Shown here: piece by piece, positions 45,308 to 56,010 of the stretch
Layout: each line of letters opens with the position of its first letter
Position numbering within the stretch: the stretch's first letter is position 1
Source of the DNA: Tetramitus jugosus
Taxonomy: Eukaryota > Protista > Heterolobosea
Reading direction: 5' to 3'
DNA: 64,000 nt
Assembly (NCBI GenBank): GCA_937625935.1
Contig: OW569378.1
Coordinates: 124,001-188,000 of the forward strand
Program-made: the position numbers and the translations under genes
Notes under the pieces: generated by a model
Told to the model about the DNA's origin: nothing
The model's database searches: none
The model's input: the letters and a program-made list of their open reading frames with translations, nothing else

Positions 45308-47525
45308 ATGAACATCAGGAGGTCTGTTCTCACATTTGTGCTCATGTTTGCGCTGGTGATTGTAGTGACAGGTGGTAGTGCTTCTCTTTTCATCCAACGA
45401 TTCCTGCTGCCAACAAAATCAACAACAACTGGCAACAAGAATGAGAATGGCATGATGAGAAAGAACCTACTACTATCCACTGCTACTACTAGTAGTACTA
45501 CTAGCAGTAGCAGTGGAGTCCCTTCTCCAACGGATCCCACCTATTCAGAGTGGTGTTTAAGCTTGGAGGGAACATCCATCTATACTCTGGGCTCCAAGTT
45601 GAATTGTCCTGATAATTCAGAAGCATTTTCCATGGGATTGATGGTCGCAGTGTTCTTCACTGTCTGTATAGAAGTTGGTATTCATACTTTGGAGCATCAT
45701 ATTACCAATTATGTAACATTAGAGATTTTGAACAAGGTGTATAGAGAGTTGATGGTATGTTGTTTAATTGTGTATGACTAAAAGAACATGGACACTATCA
45801 TGTGTGTCTTTTTATTTGTTTTTGGGATTCATGATGTGATGATAATAACATTCTGTTTGGTTCGTATGAATGAATGAATGGAATATGATGATGATTGTGT
45901 TTAATACAATGCAATCATAGATGATGGGTTTTATCTCATTTGGAGTCGGTGTGCTTGAAAGCATTCACTTTTTCGAGCTGTTGTTCACAGTGCTCAATGA
46001 TTCTGTCGTGTCTACGCATGAAACACCTCATGCAATCACTGAGAGAAGGGTCAAGATTTTTGAACTCGTTCACATCTGTCTATTCGTTCTATCTATCATC
46101 TATGTCATTGCTGTTGTGATCAGTTACTTTGTTTGTAGAGTGACATGGCAGAGATGGAGCAAATTTGAAGTAATGGACCGAGCGGACCGAACCATTATCG
46201 AGCGCTCCTATCATCAAGTGAAAGATAGATTTAAGAAGTCAAACATTTTCCTCAAGATGTTTAATATCTCTCTATTGTACAAGTATTCAGCATGTATCGA
46301 AATGTATAGTTACTACTGCACTAAGCAGCGATTTTTGACAGTTAATAAGTTGCCACGAAATTTTAGGTTTGATATTTATTTGAAAACTCGAATCAGAAAG
46401 CTTTTCCTGAATTTAATTGATTTAGGTGTTGAGATATGGGCTACTGTTTTTATTGTGGCCATGATCAACTATGGCAGAGGAAAGACCTTGAATTTTCATA
46501 CCACAGGTGGTGGTTTGTGGAGCTTTTTTGGTGCTTTGGGAATGGGTCCCTTGTTCGTGTGCTTCATTGTTTACTTGTTTACCAGGGTTGGATACAGTAT
46601 TTATCAGAGGCAGAACACGATGAGCAAGAACCTTGTAAATATAGCTGTAGATTCTGGTTTGAATTCAGGATTGTTGGATAATGCTGTAACAGCGAATAAT
46701 GAGGTAATGGAGGAGCAAGTGTCCAATCCAACACATGATTCATTGGCAGAGATTGAGTATGATGTTGATATGACCAGGTACTTTGTGTTTCACCAACCAC
46801 GCATCATATTTTTCATCATGCAGGGAATTCTGCTCTCTCATTCATTTTATATTGCCATGCTGATCATTCATTTCTTGAATGTAGCTCTGAATGAGGGTGT
46901 GATCACAACGAATCTAACTTCTGTGAACATTATTGTATTCTTGGCGCTGTTCATTCCTAGTCTGCTCGTTCTATTCGTGTTATTCCCCTTTACGATTGCT
47001 CCATTTACCATCATGACAAGCGTGGACAATTTTACCTCTCACAAGACCATCATGTATTCTATCCAGAGAGCAGAAGCACTAGTGACAAGGGCTGCCATCA
47101 ACAAGGCCATGCACGAGCATTCACATTATCATCCACTCAGAAAACAAATGAAAGAGATGCTTTCTGAGCATTATCCAGTTCTATCTGAGCATGGTGACTT
47201 CCATGAGGAACCATACTTTGTTGCCTTGTCCAACAAGGAGAACGAACAACGAAAGCGCTTAAGAAATTTAATCTTTTATTGGAATAAGAGAACCAAGATG
47301 CTACAGGAAGCAAAGGAGAGAGCCAAGAGAAGACAAACACTAGCTCCTTTGTCAACAGAAGAAACATCAGGAGGAGTTATCGTCAATGAAGAGCTAATCT
47401 CTCCAGAACCATTGCACTCTGCACCTGAATTGGAATTGGCCAGTCAAGTTGAAATGTTGAACATGACTGTCGAAGAAGAATTTTACGATGATGACGATGA
47501 TGATGCCATGCAACGAGTAAATTAA
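45308..47525 (+). CDS. MLO-family seven-TM protein (putative Ca2+ channel); exons 45308-45754, 45921-47525
   Basis: CIEVGIH..LNKVYRELM|MMGFISF, VHICLFVLSIIY..WSKFE, FRFDIYL, FVFHQPRIIFFIMQ, basic Trp-containing tail (RNLIFYWNKRTK). Intron 45755-45920. Confidence 0.8.
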
Positions 47526-47651
47526 ACTTTTTAGCTTCAATCACACGCCCAGATTTTTGTATTCATGCAGTTCATCTTTTTGAATGAAGTGATCAAGAAA
47601 AAAAAAGAGCGCCAACACAACAAAAAAAACGCAACAACATTAGCAACAAAA

Positions 47652-49322
47652 ATGGCAAACACATTCACATTTGGAGGTTCAGGTGGTGGTGCGACTGGTG
47701 GTGGATTCGGTGGATTTGGTAGCTTTGGTGGTAGCGGAGCTCCATCAACAACCACTGGCAGTGGAGGTGGTTTCAGTTTTGGTGGCACTGGAGGTGGTGG
47801 AGGCAGCACCACAACGGGCGGTGGTACAACTGGTGGTGGTGGAGGTTTCAACTTTGGAACTGGTGGTGGTGGTACGACTGGTAGCACGGGAGGTGGTTTT
47901 GGTTTTGGTAGTGGCACTGGAGGTGGTAGTATTGGCAGTGGTACGACTGGTAGCACGGGGGGTGGATTCGGTGGATTTGGTAGTGCAATGTCAACAGGTA
48001 GCTTTGGTGGTGGTGGTACAAGTGGCACTGGATTCGGTGGAAGTGGCCTTCTGGGCAGCACTACGACTGGCACTGGATTTGGTGGTACTTCTACGGGTTT
48101 TGGACTGGGTAGTGGATTTGGTGGGTCATTGTCTTCGACCAACATGACCATGTCGCAACAACAACAACAGGAACAACAACTCATGTCGTCGTATTACCTG
48201 ATCAATGGAGATACCAATTTTGATGATTTGCCACAGAATGTGAAGGATGATATGCAAGCATTCGTGGAACAAAAGGCTCAGAAACAAAAAGTGAAACAAT
48301 TGGTGGACAAGATTCGAGCAGACAGATATGGTTCCGATTCGAAAAAGATGGACATTAAGAAACAGGCGAACACAGTGGAGCGAACACTGTCGGCTCTCAG
48401 TTTCGATATAGAGCACGAGAGGATGAATGTCGCATCGTTGAAGAGCAAGATTGCGGATGATATGGAATCCATGAGACTCATGCAGAGTAATTTGAGTACT
48501 CTGTTGCATGGAGCACAGGGAAATGTCAACTATGTGTCCTCCTATTTCATCAAGATGATTCATCAATTCGAGAATAGAAAGAAAGAATTGTATCAACAGA
48601 TTGAAGACTTGGCAAACACATTATCGATTATAGAGGCCTCTCAAATTCCATCTGGTCAGATGCTGTATGATACACTGCGGGTACTACAAGAAGACTTTTT
48701 TGCTTCTTCTGCACGAGTCGCAGCATTGCACGAACAATTGGATGGTCAAAGAAATGCATTTATGAGAAAGATGAAAGTTACGGAAGAATTCTTCCAAGAG
48801 GAGAAGAAGAGATCCAATTTCGATTATTCGTTTTTGGAGTTGAAGAAGGAACCAGTGAGCACAGATCTGCCTGGTTTCATTACACCTGGTCAACAACCTG
48901 CTCAGCAACAACAGACTACTACTGGATTGGGAGCAGGACTAGGATCGACTGGGTTTGGATCAACAGGATTCGGAACAGGCACGACTGGTAGTGGAGGATT
49001 TGGATTTGGAACAGGAACTGGCACCACAGGTACGAGTACTGGAACAACCAACACTGGATTCAACTTTGGCACTGGCACAACTGGCACCACAGGTACAGGA
49101 GCTGGTTTTGGATTCGGCTCCACTGGTGCGACGACAAGCACTGGAGCAGGAACAACCAATACCGGATTTAACTTTGGCCCAACGGGTACGACAAGTACTG
49201 GAACAACTAACACTGGATTCAACTTTGGTTCAACCGGCACAACAGGAGGTACAACTGGTGGCGGTTTTGGGTTCGGCACAACTGGTACAACAGGAGGAAC
49301 AACTGGATTCAGCTTTACATAA
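47652..49322 (+). CDS. NUP58: FG-repeat nucleoporin Nup58/Nup49
   Basis: FG repeats at both ends flank a coiled coil (TNFDDLPQ, SSYFIKMIHQFENR, SARVAALHEQL). Confidence 0.82.
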   Translation: MANTFTFGGSGGGATGGGFGGFGSFGGSGAPSTTTGSGGGFSFGGTGGGGGSTTTGGGTTGGGGGFNFGTGGGGTTGSTGGGFGFGSGTGGGSIGSGTTGSTGGGFGGFGSAMSTGSFGGGGTSGTGFGGSGLLGSTTTGTGFGGTSTGFGLGSGFGGSLSSTNMTMSQQQQQEQQLMSSYYLINGDTNFDDLPQNVKDDMQAFVEQKAQKQKVKQLVDKIRADRYGSDSKKMDIKKQANTVERTLSALSFDIEHERMNVASLKSKIADDMESMRLMQSNLSTLLHGAQGNVNYVSSYFIKMIHQFENRKKELYQQIEDLANTLSIIEASQIPSGQMLYDTLRVLQEDFFASSARVAALHEQLDGQRNAFMRKMKVTEEFFQEEKKRSNFDYSFLELKKEPVSTDLPGFITPGQQPAQQQQTTTGLGAGLGSTGFGSTGFGTGTTGSGGFGFGTGTGTTGTSTGTTNTGFNFGTGTTGTTGTGAGFGFGSTGATTSTGAGTTNTGFNFGPTGTTSTGTTNTGFNFGSTGTTGGTTGGGFGFGTTGTTGGTTGFSFT

Positions 49323-49361
49323 AGTTTCGTTTTTTAACGCTTGCGGGCTCTATATTTTATG

Positions 49362-50563
49362 TTATAATACAAGTTTCCTCCTCACTGATCTGTCATCGTG
49401 TTCCATGCTATCTATTGATGATGTAGATATGTTCATTCGATCTTCTCTATCATCTGGTGATCTTCTTCGCTTGTGATCCGAAGTAGGCACTGAACCAGGT
49501 GTTTCAGGTCGGAGCTTCTTTGGTAGAGGTAACTGATCTAATGGAGTGGCAGGTACTCCACCAGTGAAGAATGGATGTTTTAGGGCTTGTTCTGCTGATA
49601 TTCTTTTCGATGGATCAAACTGCAATAATTTGGTTAGAAAATCAATTGCTTCGGCACTCGCACCAGTCAATATCGATCTCAATGGTGTTCCAGGCAACTT
49701 TTCAAACTGAAGAAAACCTGGTAAAGTCTTCATTCCGGGCCATTGCTCATCAGTCGGGGTGCCCATCACAAAAAATATTCTACCTAATTGATCTAGATCG
49801 TTGTCTCCAGGGAAGATGGCTCTTCTCAAGAAGAGTTCAGCCATGATGCAACCGCAGGACCACATGTCAGCAGATGGGCCATACGTATCTGCACCAAACA
49901 ACAGCTCTGGTGGTCTGTACCATCGCGTTACAGCAATCGGAGTGTACGTGCGATCAGGACTGCCAAAAACCTTTGCCAAACCAAAATCCGCCAACTTCAA
50001 AACACCACTCTTTGTCAACAATAAATTATTCGGTTTCAAATCTCTGTGAAGGACCCAGTTCTTGTGACACTCGTTCACACCCATAATTATTTGTTGCATA
50101 TATGCCTTGATATTTGATTCTGTCAAGAAAATGGAGGTATCTTGAATGATTTCACTCAAATCCGTATTCATAAACTCATAGACAATATTGATTGTCGATG
50201 TTTTTGTAATAAATATATCAATCAACTGTTGACAAGCGTATTGATTAGCTCTCAATTATTCATTGTTGATAGTAAAAAGAACGAACAGCAGAAAAAAAAA
50301 AGCAACCATTTCCATTGGTGGAAAAGCTTTCATACCTTGAGAATGTTAGGATGATCTTGTAGCTCTTGCAGTACTTTGATTTCTCTGAGAGCAGAGAAAT
50401 TGACTCCGTCTTCCATGTTGGCCAGCTTAATCTTCTTGATGGCAATTGAAAGACCACTTTTTGAATCAATTCCCTCGTAGACCTTACCAAAGGTACCCTC
50501 ACCAACTTGTCTAACTTTGGTGTACCTATCTCGCTTTTCATTCATCAATTCCAAGTGCTGCAT
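49362..50563 (-). CDS. CDK7: CDK7 / CDK-activating kinase; exons 50563-50336, 50225-49362
   Basis: GEGTFG, DGVNFSALREIK, WVLHRDLKPNNLL, DFGLAKVFGSP, VTRWYRPPELLFGA. Intron 50226-50335. Confidence 0.93.
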
Positions 50564-50633
50564 GATTGTCGTTGTTTTTTGTTCTTTTTGGTGTGATTTG
50601 CTTGTTGTATGTTTTTCAAAAAGAAAATGTTTT

Positions 50634-50670
50634 TTTGGCGCGACAAAAAACAGGAACTTTTTTGGCGGCA
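50634..50670. promoter_or_regulatory. E2F-like motifs in CDK7/Med22 bidirectional promoter
   Basis: TTTGGCGCG (50634-50642) and TTTGGCGGC (50661-50669). Confidence 0.55.
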
Positions 50671-50691
50671 AACTAAAACAACAAAAACAAC

Positions 50692-51336
50692 ATGAGCGCA
50701 AAAGTGACGTCGTCCAATGTGAGCAGTGAATCAGGCAAAGACATTGAAACGATTGCTGCAAACAGGTATCAACGATTAGATCGAGATGCCAATCGGCTAC
50801 TTGAACTATATGATCAAATCATCTCATTGAGCACTGTTGTCGACACGAAAAAGAATGAAAGAGACGCACTTCAGTTGTCTGTGAGAGATGGACTGCAATT
50901 GTCAGTGTATGCTTCCGAATATGTTGGCTTGTGTGAGAGTTTGCTGCAACTGTGCTCTGAGCTCAAACAGGGATACATGCTGCACGATTTTGATTTGTTA
51001 CAAAAGTTGAATATAAAGAATTTGACTCAGAATATAGCAAAGGAGAAGCATTTGTGCCAAATGTTGTTCAACGCAGATGATGTCAAGGACAGACAACAAG
51101 CATTCACTGAATTGCAACAATCAATTGATGTTTATCAATTGAAAAAGAAGAAGCAAGTTTCACCACTACATGATGTGAATGGCAATGGCAATGGCTCTGA
51201 TGATGCATCAATGAGTGATGATGTGATTGAGAATGGTGGAGATCATACGACAGCTACTACTCCTACTACGACTACCAACATGAACATGAATGGCAATAGT
51301 GAATCATCATCAATGGACACTACTCAAGATTGCTAA
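50692..51336 (+). CDS. MED22: Mediator head subunit Med22 (Surf5)
   Basis: YQRLDRD..LLELYDQII..ASEYVGLCESLLQLCSELKQGYMLHDF matches the Med22 pattern. Confidence 0.75.
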   Translation: MSAKVTSSNVSSESGKDIETIAANRYQRLDRDANRLLELYDQIISLSTVVDTKKNERDALQLSVRDGLQLSVYASEYVGLCESLLQLCSELKQGYMLHDFDLLQKLNIKNLTQNIAKEKHLCQMLFNADDVKDRQQAFTELQQSIDVYQLKKKKQVSPLHDVNGNGNGSDDASMSDDVIENGGDHTTATTPTTTTNMNMNGNSESSSMDTTQDC

Positions 51337-54026
51337 TCTCGATTGGATACTCGCATAAGAACTCCAATATGAACTTTGAAGTTGTTTTGAATGGAGTGCA
51401 CATGATGAGGATCCAATTCTTTTGCTAATGATGGTAAATAATCACATCATGTACATGATGAAAACAAGCACAATTTGTTGGAGAGGAAGAGTGAGTCAAT
51501 TGTGAAAAAATGAATGATAGATGTACAACACGAATCACATACCGCCTTTTTCAACTGACATGAGAATATCTTCTCTTGAGAGTAAAAAGTGTTCTTTGCG
51601 TCTGGGAATAGAACACAATTCTTCGCAACCAATGGGGCATAGGTTCCCGAATTCTTATACTTCTTAAATTGCGAAAGTGAGACAATATAGGGGAAGAATG
51701 CTACATCTGCTTCGCGAACCTTACATCGGACCTGCAATGTTGTTTGATCTGGCAAATTTCGATTAGGATCATCCACCAATTGGATCAAAAATTTTGGATT
51801 TGTTTCTATGAGAGTAATGCGTAGGAGGTTAATAATTGAAAATCGAGACCCTAGAGTCGTGTGTGATCATAGATACATACCGAATGTTGTTGGTTGATAA
51901 TGAGGTCCATTGAACGCGTTTTCCTTCCATGATCCAATAATCTTTGTCAAGGCATAGTTTCGTTTCATATCTAATTCAACAAACTTGGTATTCTCCCAAT
52001 CGGAAAAGCATCTAGCAATGAACGAAGCTTCTCTGCCAGGATGGAACATTGATAGAATTACAAAGTAGTTATCTTGTACATTGTCCTGTGGTTTTGGAAT
52101 CAGCACTTCAACACAGTTTCTTGTTGTTTGAAGAGTGTACGATTTACCCACAATTGTCATGTCATTGAATCTCAACAATGGTTTCGTATTGTCCATTGGT
52201 TTGTTCGGTTTGACCACATATATACAGATTGGATTACGTTCCTTGGAATCCTTGGAATTTGTTTTCGATGTATCTTCGAGTTGAGCACTGATGAGAACAC
52301 GAATGTAATCTCCAGAAAAGTCTACAGTTCGATCGCCAATCACGGACAGAGCAAATTGTGGATTTCGACAGAAGACATCCTTGTCTGATTCATCGAACAA
52401 TCCTCCACAAGTTAAATTCACCTTATTCCATTCACTTCTGATTGCAGGCGAAATAAATGTGTCCATTGGAACACTACAAACATGTAGTCGATTGAAATGT
52501 GTGACAAAATCAGAAAACTCCATGAAAAATACACCATCATTTGCTCGTTCGACCTTCAACTTCTTGCGTAGTTTGTCTGTCCATGCTGAATCGTCATCGG
52601 CATACTTTCCTTTCCATTCTGACTTTCCCCAAGTATTTCGAAGCTTTACAAATTTGATATCATCCACTAGTTTCACGTCTAAAACAGTGTAAGCATGCTT
52701 TGGGATGATACCATAAAGGGTCATCTTCTGTTTTCCTTCAAAGTTCAAGTCTTCACTATTGCTCGTACAACAAACCATAGGATACTTGAATTTACGCCAT
52801 TCGAGCATCTGTTTGAATAATTGTTGTGATTCATTCTTCAAATCAAAGTTGTGAGCAAATCCACCAGTTAAGTGCTCAAAGGCCTCTCCAATGTGATGCG
52901 CACCCTCAATATTCTCATAGTTACCATGCAACTTTGCATAGGCTTTTTCAAGGATACACACCCAGAGTTCTCTCAAACTTGTCGATCGAGCAAACAAGGT
53001 ATTGATCGAATCAGAGGTCACATGCACTGGTATCAGGTCATCAACCACGACACTCTGCGTATTCCCTTCCCAGAAGAAATTGACCTGATACGCTCCAAAT
53101 TCATTGTACGACGATGGAGAAATCAATTTCATGATCTGCTTTGGTTGCATTGCCAGAGCAGCAAGAGCAGCCAAAAAGTAGCAATCACCCAGAATTTGTT
53201 GCTTGATGTCGCTTGGTTCAATTCCATCGAGAAACAGTTGCGGAAGTTCAATCTTTGCTTTTGCACAGTACTCTTTTGGTCGCATCCAAACCACATCCTT
53301 CTGTTCGATGTGTCTCCCAGCTAGGAAGTGACGAGAACGACAGATTGAAGTTGTAATGGCAGAGAAATCCTGATCAACATAATGTTGCTTATTTTCAATG
53401 CATCTCTTCATAATGTTACCGTATTCATTGCCAGGATAGTACAGAAACTGTACATCGACACTTCCTTGAGTATCCAACTCTAATCTCACCTCCGCCTCAA
53501 TAAAGTCATTCAATAGCTTACAGTAGAATCTTGCATGGCCCAATAGATCATTATCTGTATCCTTGTCATACTGCATGAAGGTTGTTTGTTGGTCTGTGAT
53601 TCATTCTTTTCAAATACAATTGACAAAAACGTTTTTTGTTTCAACATGATACATACGTCAAACACCTTGAATTCAACAATCGTTTGATCTCTGGATCCAA
53701 CAGGAAATGAAAACACTTGCTACTTCCAAACAACAACAAACATTAGTATCAAACATCATCACCACACACTAAAAAGCTAACACCATCAACAACAAACATA
53801 CATTCCAAACAGGATTCAAATTACGCTTGCAAATACTGCTCGTTCTCGACTGAATCGTGTTATTCTTTGATGCACCTGAGCTCTGATTTTGCAACGTGTA
53901 CAATGAAGAAACAGACAAGACACAAAATGGATCAGAAAGACCATTTGCGTCTGCACTTTTCAAGTTTGAACCACCCAATAGAGTGATTTTTAATGTTCCA
54001 AGATGTTGATCGTCACTTATGAGCAT
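51320..54026 (-). CDS. C2-domain calpain (C2 + CysPc + two domain-III/CBSW-like units); exons 54026-53802, 53719-53657, 53570-51881, 51805-51543, 51424-51320
   Basis: C2 NLKSADANGLSDPF..LNPVWN..VFD|YDKDTDNDLLG; catalytic QQILGDCYFL, KHAY, LRNTWG; NPQF and NPKF repeats. Four GTATGT..AG introns, all in frame. Confidence 0.88.
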
Positions 54027-54222
54027 GATGACCTTGAACGAGTTTTTGTTTCTCTGTGAAACACAAAAGATGATGTTCTCGAACGGACATGACCTGTCAA
54101 TCGTCTGACCCTATCACGGAGTTATTGAAGATATCGCGCCAAAAAAAAAGCGGCCAAATAAAAAAAACACAAACAACAATTCATCATCAACAAATCCTCT
54201 CATCCAACAAAAAAAGCAAATC

Positions 54223-54693
54223 ATGATCGTCTTTTCAATGTATATTCTGAACAAGGCTGGTGGTCTCGTCTACCAGAGAGATTTCACAACATGTAGAAAA
54301 CCTCAGGGTAACCAATACCTGACATTGGCTTCCACTTTTCATGGACTTCATGCCATTGCAAAGCAATTGTCACCACCAAACGCTCTACCCTCCAATCAAT
54401 CTAGCAACTCAAAAATGCCAAAATACGTACTTCCATCAGGAATCGAACTCGTGACTCTATCATCGACTCAGATCCTGTGCTTCACATCACCTACGCTCGT
54501 CAAATTCTTCATTTTACTACAGGCTTCGGACAAGAAGGAGATTGAAAAGACGAAATTGGGTCAGAGAGTGTACGAGTTGTATGCAGACTATGTGTGTAAG
54601 AATCCATTCTATGAGATGGATCAACCGATTCAATGTGATCTCTTTTCGATAAAGGTGGATGAACTCATGAAGGAAGTTATGCAACAAAAGTAG
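54223..54693 (+). CDS. TRAPPC4: TRAPP complex subunit 4 (Trs23/synbindin)
   Basis: ILNKAGGLVY, LASTFHGLHAI, SGIE, YELYADYVCKNPFYEMDQPIQCDLF. Confidence 0.95.
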   Translation: MIVFSMYILNKAGGLVYQRDFTTCRKPQGNQYLTLASTFHGLHAIAKQLSPPNALPSNQSSNSKMPKYVLPSGIELVTLSSTQILCFTSPTLVKFFILLQASDKKEIEKTKLGQRVYELYADYVCKNPFYEMDQPIQCDLFSIKVDELMKEVMQQK

Positions 54694-54937
54694 TGCACGT
54701 GTGTGTGAATGATTTTGACAATTTCGCACAATGTGTTAATTGTTCTCAACGAGAGAAGAAGAGAGACGCGGTGACAATGATGAAAATGGAAATGATACTG
54801 AAAATGATGGACATGCATGATAAATGATGATGATGATCATACGCAGAGTCCCAAGTCGAGATTTTTTGTAAGATATCTATAAATTATGTTGAATATACAA
54901 CAAGAAAACAGACGCAAATGATTGAACTTGCGTGTGT

Positions 54938-55921
54938 TTAAAATTTTACAACTTTGAATCGATTGACAAAGGACAGGATAACTTGTGCAGTTTGCTTCGG
55001 GTCATCCTCGTGTAAAAAGTGACCAATGTGTGCTCCCTTGAGTACCTTGAATTGGAACTTACCTTGCATGCTCGCAATGAGCAATGTGTTGTCCAATCGA
55101 TCCGTATTGGCCACGAGCAGCATCTTTGGACCATGGAACGACAGAAAAGCTTCCGACAGTCCTTGGAACCACTCTGTCCAGAACGGTTCCGACTTTAGTA
55201 GTTCTGTTCGCCAGACGTATTGCTGACTGACTTCGTCTTTGATGAGCTGTGATGGCACTGATATGCGAGCACTCTTTTGATTCTTGATCATTCCAGTCTG
55301 GAGACACCATCGAATTGCATGCTGTTCCGATATAAATCTCTCTGGCCTATTCGTCAACAGTTGCTTAATGAAACCCAAGTTGGACATGGATGTTCCCTCG
55401 ACAACATCCACAACAATCATTCCTCTCACATTGAACGAGTTTGCAAGCTCCGAGGCACATCGAATCGCCACAGCACCACCCAACGAATGACCAATCAAAA
55501 CCAAGTCTCTCTTCTTCTCTTTACCACAATAAAACTGGTTCAAAACAGAGACTACATCCCGCACCAGCGTATTAATGTGCAAATTCGAATCGTCCAATGT
55601 TTTAGTCAACCCGTGACCCCGAAAATCCAACGAACAATACTCGTAAGCATTCGGATCAACTTCATCCATTGTCAGTATACAGTTGGCCCAGGACATGCTC
55701 GATAGTCCTCCACCATGCAAAAACACGAGCAATAATCGTGATTCATCGTCTTCCTCCTCGTTACCCAAAGAGTTATTGAGTATTTTCAGATGAAAGTGAT
55801 CACCCAGTGGGAGAGACACGGTGTGATCTGTGAACTTTTCTGAAACGGAGATTGGATGATAGTCCATTGTAGGTGGAGCTCCCATTTTGTTCGCAATCAT
55901 TTGTTTGTGAACACTACTCAT
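54938..55921 (-). CDS. PPME1: protein phosphatase methylesterase 1
   Basis: LHGGGLSSMSW, DFRGHG, GHSLGGA, VDVVEGT, SARISVPSQ, DRLD..MQGKFQ, GHFLHEDDP. Confidence 0.95.
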   Translation of the reverse strand: MSSVHKQMIANKMGAPPTMDYHPISVSEKFTDHTVSLPLGDHFHLKILNNSLGNEEEDDESRLLLVFLHGGGLSSMSWANCILTMDEVDPNAYEYCSLDFRGHGLTKTLDDSNLHINTLVRDVVSVLNQFYCGKEKKRDLVLIGHSLGGAVAIRCASELANSFNVRGMIVVDVVEGTSMSNLGFIKQLLTNRPERFISEQHAIRWCLQTGMIKNQKSARISVPSQLIKDEVSQQYVWRTELLKSEPFWTEWFQGLSEAFLSFHGPKMLLVANTDRLDNTLLIASMQGKFQFKVLKGAHIGHFLHEDDPKQTAQVILSFVNRFKVVKF

Positions 55922-56010
55922 CTTGTTGTCTGTCTGTCTGACTCTGATCTACTGCTTGTTGTTTTGTTTTTTTGCTTGTGTATTTGAGCGAAATAATTTA
56001 ATGCGTTGAG

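Noticed and set aside
47537-49476. Pro/Val-rich antisense and alternative-frame ORFs; apparent tandem repeats
   Set aside because: Reflections of nucleoporin FG/Gly/Thr repeats; not CRISPR and not separate genes.
54770-54840. ATGATGA/CTGA box C/D-like motifs
   Set aside because: TGA triplet repeats are ubiquitous here; spacing too short and no terminal stem.
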